In this document: piece after piece, positions 25,994 through 27,701 of the stretch | How the letters are laid out: every line of letters starts with the position of its first letter | How positions within the stretch are numbered: the first letter of the stretch is position 1 | Assembly: GCA_043804515.1 (NCBI GenBank) | Contig: JAZDIZ010000175.1 | Span: 1-27,701, forward strand | DNA from: Pseudomonadota bacterium | Lineage (GTDB): Bacteria; Bdellovibrionota_G; JALEGL01; DATDPG01 | Reading direction: 5' to 3' | Length of the DNA stretch: 27,701 bases | Made by a program: the position numbers and the translations under genes | Notes under the pieces: model-generated | Told to the model about the DNA's origin: nothing | Seen by the model: only the letters and a program-made list of their open reading frames with translations | Databases searched by the model: none

Positions 25994-26761
25994 CTATGCA
26001 TCCGCAGCGCTCGCAGCTTGTGCCGACGCGATCGCAGCGTGGGGTTCTCTTGGATAAAGGCTGCGGTAGAGCCTGTATTTTGCGAGAACACGCTGAACGT
26101 ACTGAACCGTTTCAGTTCCGTTCAGGTATCCATACTGCGCGTTCTTGAAATGTGCCGGATCCTCGAGAAGAACGAGCGCTTGGCTCACATCCTGCCAAAG
26201 GCGGGGGCTCTTTCCCATCGCCATGGTCAGCTTTTGAGCGTCCCGGAGGTGACCCAGGCCGGAGTTATAGGCCGCCAATGAAAGCTTGAGACGGTCGTCC
26301 AGCGTCCTTCCCTTGATCTTGTGCCTCCCCCAAAGGAAGTGTCCGATGCCCGTCGTGACGTTCTGCTCCGGATGTTCCGGGGCTAGGACACCATGAGCTT
26401 TTGCTACCGCCGGCATGATCTGCATGAGACCCCGGGCTCCGGCGGGGCTTACGGCGTCATACTGAAACCGGCTCTCCGCGTAGATCATCGAGGCCACAAG
26501 GCGCCAGTCCATACCGTGGATCTTGGCGTACTTCTGGATGATGTCGTCAAAAGGACTCAATCGTGTGCCGGGAGCCGTCGACGTGTCGAACACGGCCTTC
26601 AAAGCGTCCGGGGCATATCTATAGACTTGGTTCGATCCGAAAAGACCCGTAGGAATTGCCAATGCAAAGGCCGCAATCCAGGCCCACCGATGCGAGCATC
26701 CTTGGGAAGCTCGCTTGGGCCGCTTCCTAGTGACCATATATGGCAATGGTCGTTTCACCAT
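25994..26761 (-). CDS. Lytic transglycosylase, MltF-like SLT domain without the periplasmic binding domain; start uncertain (26761-26824)
   Basis: DWRLVASMIYAESRF, GARGLMQIMP, AAYNSGLGHLRDA, GYLNGTETVQYV; N-terminal hydrophobic anchor. Confidence 0.88.
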   Translation of the reverse strand: MVKRPLPYMVTRKRPKRASQGCSHRWAWIAAFALAIPTGLFGSNQVYRYAPDALKAVFDTSTAPGTRLSPFDDIIQKYAKIHGMDWRLVASMIYAESRFQYDAVSPAGARGLMQIMPAVAKAHGVLAPEHPEQNVTTGIGHFLWGRHKIKGRTLDDRLKLSLAAYNSGLGHLRDAQKLTMAMGKSPRLWQDVSQALVLLEDPAHFKNAQYGYLNGTETVQYVQRVLAKYRLYRSLYPREPHAAIASAQAASAADA

Positions 26762-26824
26762 AGCTCTTTCCCAGTTAGCAGGCTCTCTCTGTCCGGTCAA
26801 ACGCATAAAGTCAGGTGTTATCAA

Positions 26825-26840
26825 TGCGGGGAGTGTGCCA
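26825..26840 (-). promoter_or_regulatory. Putative sigma54 promoter for the transglycosylase
   Basis: Minus strand TGGCACACTCCCCGCA (GG-N10-GC, weak -12); IHF-like TTTCAAGGAGTTA at 26872-26884. Confidence 0.45.
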
Positions 26841-26977
26841 GAATTCTCTGTTTTTCTTCTTTCGCTCGTCGTTTCAAGGAGTTATGATGCAATTCTTCTA
26901 GAGGGTTCGAGCGAAAAGGCATAAAATGAGTTTGAGGAAACACGCCTCCCGTTCCTTAAAAAGATAGATATTCCTAA

Positions 26978-27701
26978 ATGAATTCAATTTCATACGGTGA
27001 CTACGACGGACGGAAGGGTGGGACCTCAAGTTCCCGGTGGAACCGCGCATCGCCGAAAATCGGCGTCTTGGTTGCCTTTCTGTTGATGACGGGGACGGCT
27101 TTGGCTCAGGTGCGATATGAACGAGCTAAGGTCCCGTTGGTCGGGACCGTCCTTACGGACAGCCCTGTTCGGAAGGAACCCCAACCTGATTCTACGATCA
27201 AGGGCACGGCACCTGCGGGCATGCAGATTCGGATCAAAGGGCGCCAGGGGAGCTGGTTTCAAGTGGAGGCCACCGTCGGAAAGCAGCCGATCTCAGGCTG
27301 GCTTCCCGGTTCGGCTGTCAAGATTCTGGGTCAGGCATTGGAACAGGGAGCCATTAAGGGGCCATCCCAACCGGAAGAGCCGGTTCCTGGAGCGGCGGCA
27401 TCGCTTTCCGGTCCCACAACTCGGCCGCCCCCCCCCGTCTCCACGCGATCCGCTATTCCCGTACGATTGCTCCCCCGCGCCGGTTATGCATTCGGCGCAA
27501 AGAGCGTTCAGGACCAGTTCCGGGTCGGAGCGGACGTCTTGCTTGGGCTTTCGTCGTCGACGGAGATTGGGTTAGCGATGGAGGCAGGATTCCGGCATTT
27601 CACGCTTGTGAGCGGCGGGCCGGTCATTCAAGAGCGGCTTAGGTGGCCCAGGCTGGGTTCCCTGCGAACGAGCGTCTACGGCGGGTTTTCGGTTTTCTAT
27701 A
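26978..27701 (+). CDS. Secreted SH3b-like domain protein with Pro linker and probable outer-membrane beta-barrel (3' end outside window)
   Basis: Manual translation open to the window end: IGVLVAFLLMTGTALA-Q signal, SPVRKEPQPDSTIKG...GSWFQVE...SGWLP SH3 pattern, then alternating strands (RAGYAFG, FRVGADVLLGL, SVYGGFSVFY). Confidence 0.75.
   Translation, partial: MNSISYGDYDGRKGGTSSSRWNRASPKIGVLVAFLLMTGTALAQVRYERAKVPLVGTVLTDSPVRKEPQPDSTIKGTAPAGMQIRIKGRQGSWFQVEATVGKQPISGWLPGSAVKILGQALEQGAIKGPSQPEEPVPGAAASLSGPTTRPPPPVSTRSAIPVRLLPRAGYAFGAKSVQDQFRVGADVLLGLSSSTEIGLAMEAGFRHFTLVSGGPVIQERLRWPRLGSLRTSVYGGFSVFY

Noticed and set aside
27428..27436. C9 homopolymer as a phase-variation tract
   Set aside because: In frame and explained by a poly-Pro linker in a GC-rich genome; no evidence of length variation.

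Overview
GC-rich bacterial chromosomal window, probably from a Myxococcota/Bdellovibrionota-like deltaproteobacterium. This is an inference from a MYXO-CTERM-like tail, DUF4388 and TPR-cNMP proteins and several sigma54 promoters. Core genes are smc, apt, a TIGR02757/DUF2400 gene, tRNA-Arg(CCT) and tRNA-Ala(CGC). They are surrounded by many secreted or lipoprotein genes, including a >1142-aa lipoprotein missed by the ORF track whose M30-like protease domain lacks the HEXXH motif. The most unusual signal is non-coding. A 93-94 nt structured element occurs twice, about 11.6 kb apart (~84% identity, three compensatory base-pair changes). Each time it sits in the T-loop of a partial duplicate of the neighbouring tRNA gene. 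Both loci also carry an inverted copy of the T-arm and the same palindromic trailer fused to the tRNA CCA end. A small stand-alone GIY-YIG nuclease gene is embedded in those palindromes at the Arg locus. Together these suggest a tRNA T-loop-targeting mini mobile element or intron-like system. All family assignments are by eye, with no database searches.
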